A stretch of 64,000 nt of DNA, taken from assembly GCA_964016885.1 (NCBI GenBank), contig OZ024744.1:25234001-25298000 (forward strand), in the 5' to 3' direction. The position numbers and the translations under genes were made by a program. The notes beneath the pieces were generated by a model that was not told the DNA's origin, searched no databases, and saw nothing but the letters and a program-made list of their open reading frames with translations. The DNA comes from Eledone cirrhosa (taxonomy: Eukaryota). Shown piece by piece: positions 63,318-64,000 of the stretch (its first letter is position 1; each line of letters starts with the position of its first letter).

Positions 63318-64000
63318 ATACATACACAGATGCATAAATACACACTCACATCATACATAAAATATATATACATACATCTATATATACACTCACCTCACAC
63401 ATCTATACATACTCACATCATACATACAAGATGAATCAAGTGTGATTAGATCTCACATCCTGTCTCTTCTATGATTGATATTAAACAGCCTCATGGTGTT
63501 ATTTTTAATTTTTTTTTTTTGCATCGTTTATATTTTTTGATAGACAGAGAAAAAAGAAAATTTACATTAAGTAGAATGGAATGTAAAAATAAGAAAATAT
63601 ATAGAAAATATAGAGAAAAACCCTGAAAAGGGATGATAGGCAAATACTGTAGGGTCACAGAAGTATGGGTGGCGGAGGGGGATTGGACATACAGCTGCGG
63701 GCGCGGAGGTAAAGGAGCAGTGCCCCGCGGACAAGACTGCAAAATCTTTCCCCAAAAATATGTCCAGCGACAGCCGCTGCAACAGCCACCCGCCTCACAG
63801 GTCTCCTCCCTGAGACGGACCATCGACGTTCCAAAATACACTGGGTAAAAAACTACTTTGTTTTGTTTTAATTGATTTGTAATCACTTCCCCTTCGATTT
63901 TCCAAACGTATTTCTACAGGCTTTAAAAATATATTTTATCGGTCTTTCTCAGTATCATTTTTTAATATTATTTTTTTATTTGTGTTAATTTGTGTTTGTT

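Overview
Eukaryotic, gene-free, repeat-dominated window. The SINE motifs and microsatellite density suggest an octopod cephalopod, but this is inference only. Bases 1-39492 are one 23-bp satellite array (about 1,700 units, consensus CCAGCTCTACTGTCTCTAGTGTA) with nested higher-order duplications. The remaining 24.5 kb is a nest of truncated retroelements in (TA)n, (CATA)n and (GA)n microsatellites: a Tx1-type LINE with a 14-bp TSD, a Penelope-like (Neptune-type) RT fragment, a CRE-clade 3' fragment, two R4/Dong-type families, three copies of a bipartite RTE-derived element and SINEs. There is also a 4.2-kb (TAG)n-derived array and a 200-N gap. The most striking feature is an apparently homogeneous 310-bp tandem array at 59788-62240 (6.3 copies plus 1.6 inverted copies). 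Each full unit carries a complete type I hammerhead ribozyme (8 in total) within a heavily self-complementary monomer, making it a candidate non-LTR retrozyme or viroid-like circular RNA template. Two unrelated inverted-repeat elements (45550-45820 and 54396-54990) show the same divergent hammerhead architecture typical of Penelope-mobilised sequences. No intact host gene was recognised. All calls were made by eye, without alignment or folding software.
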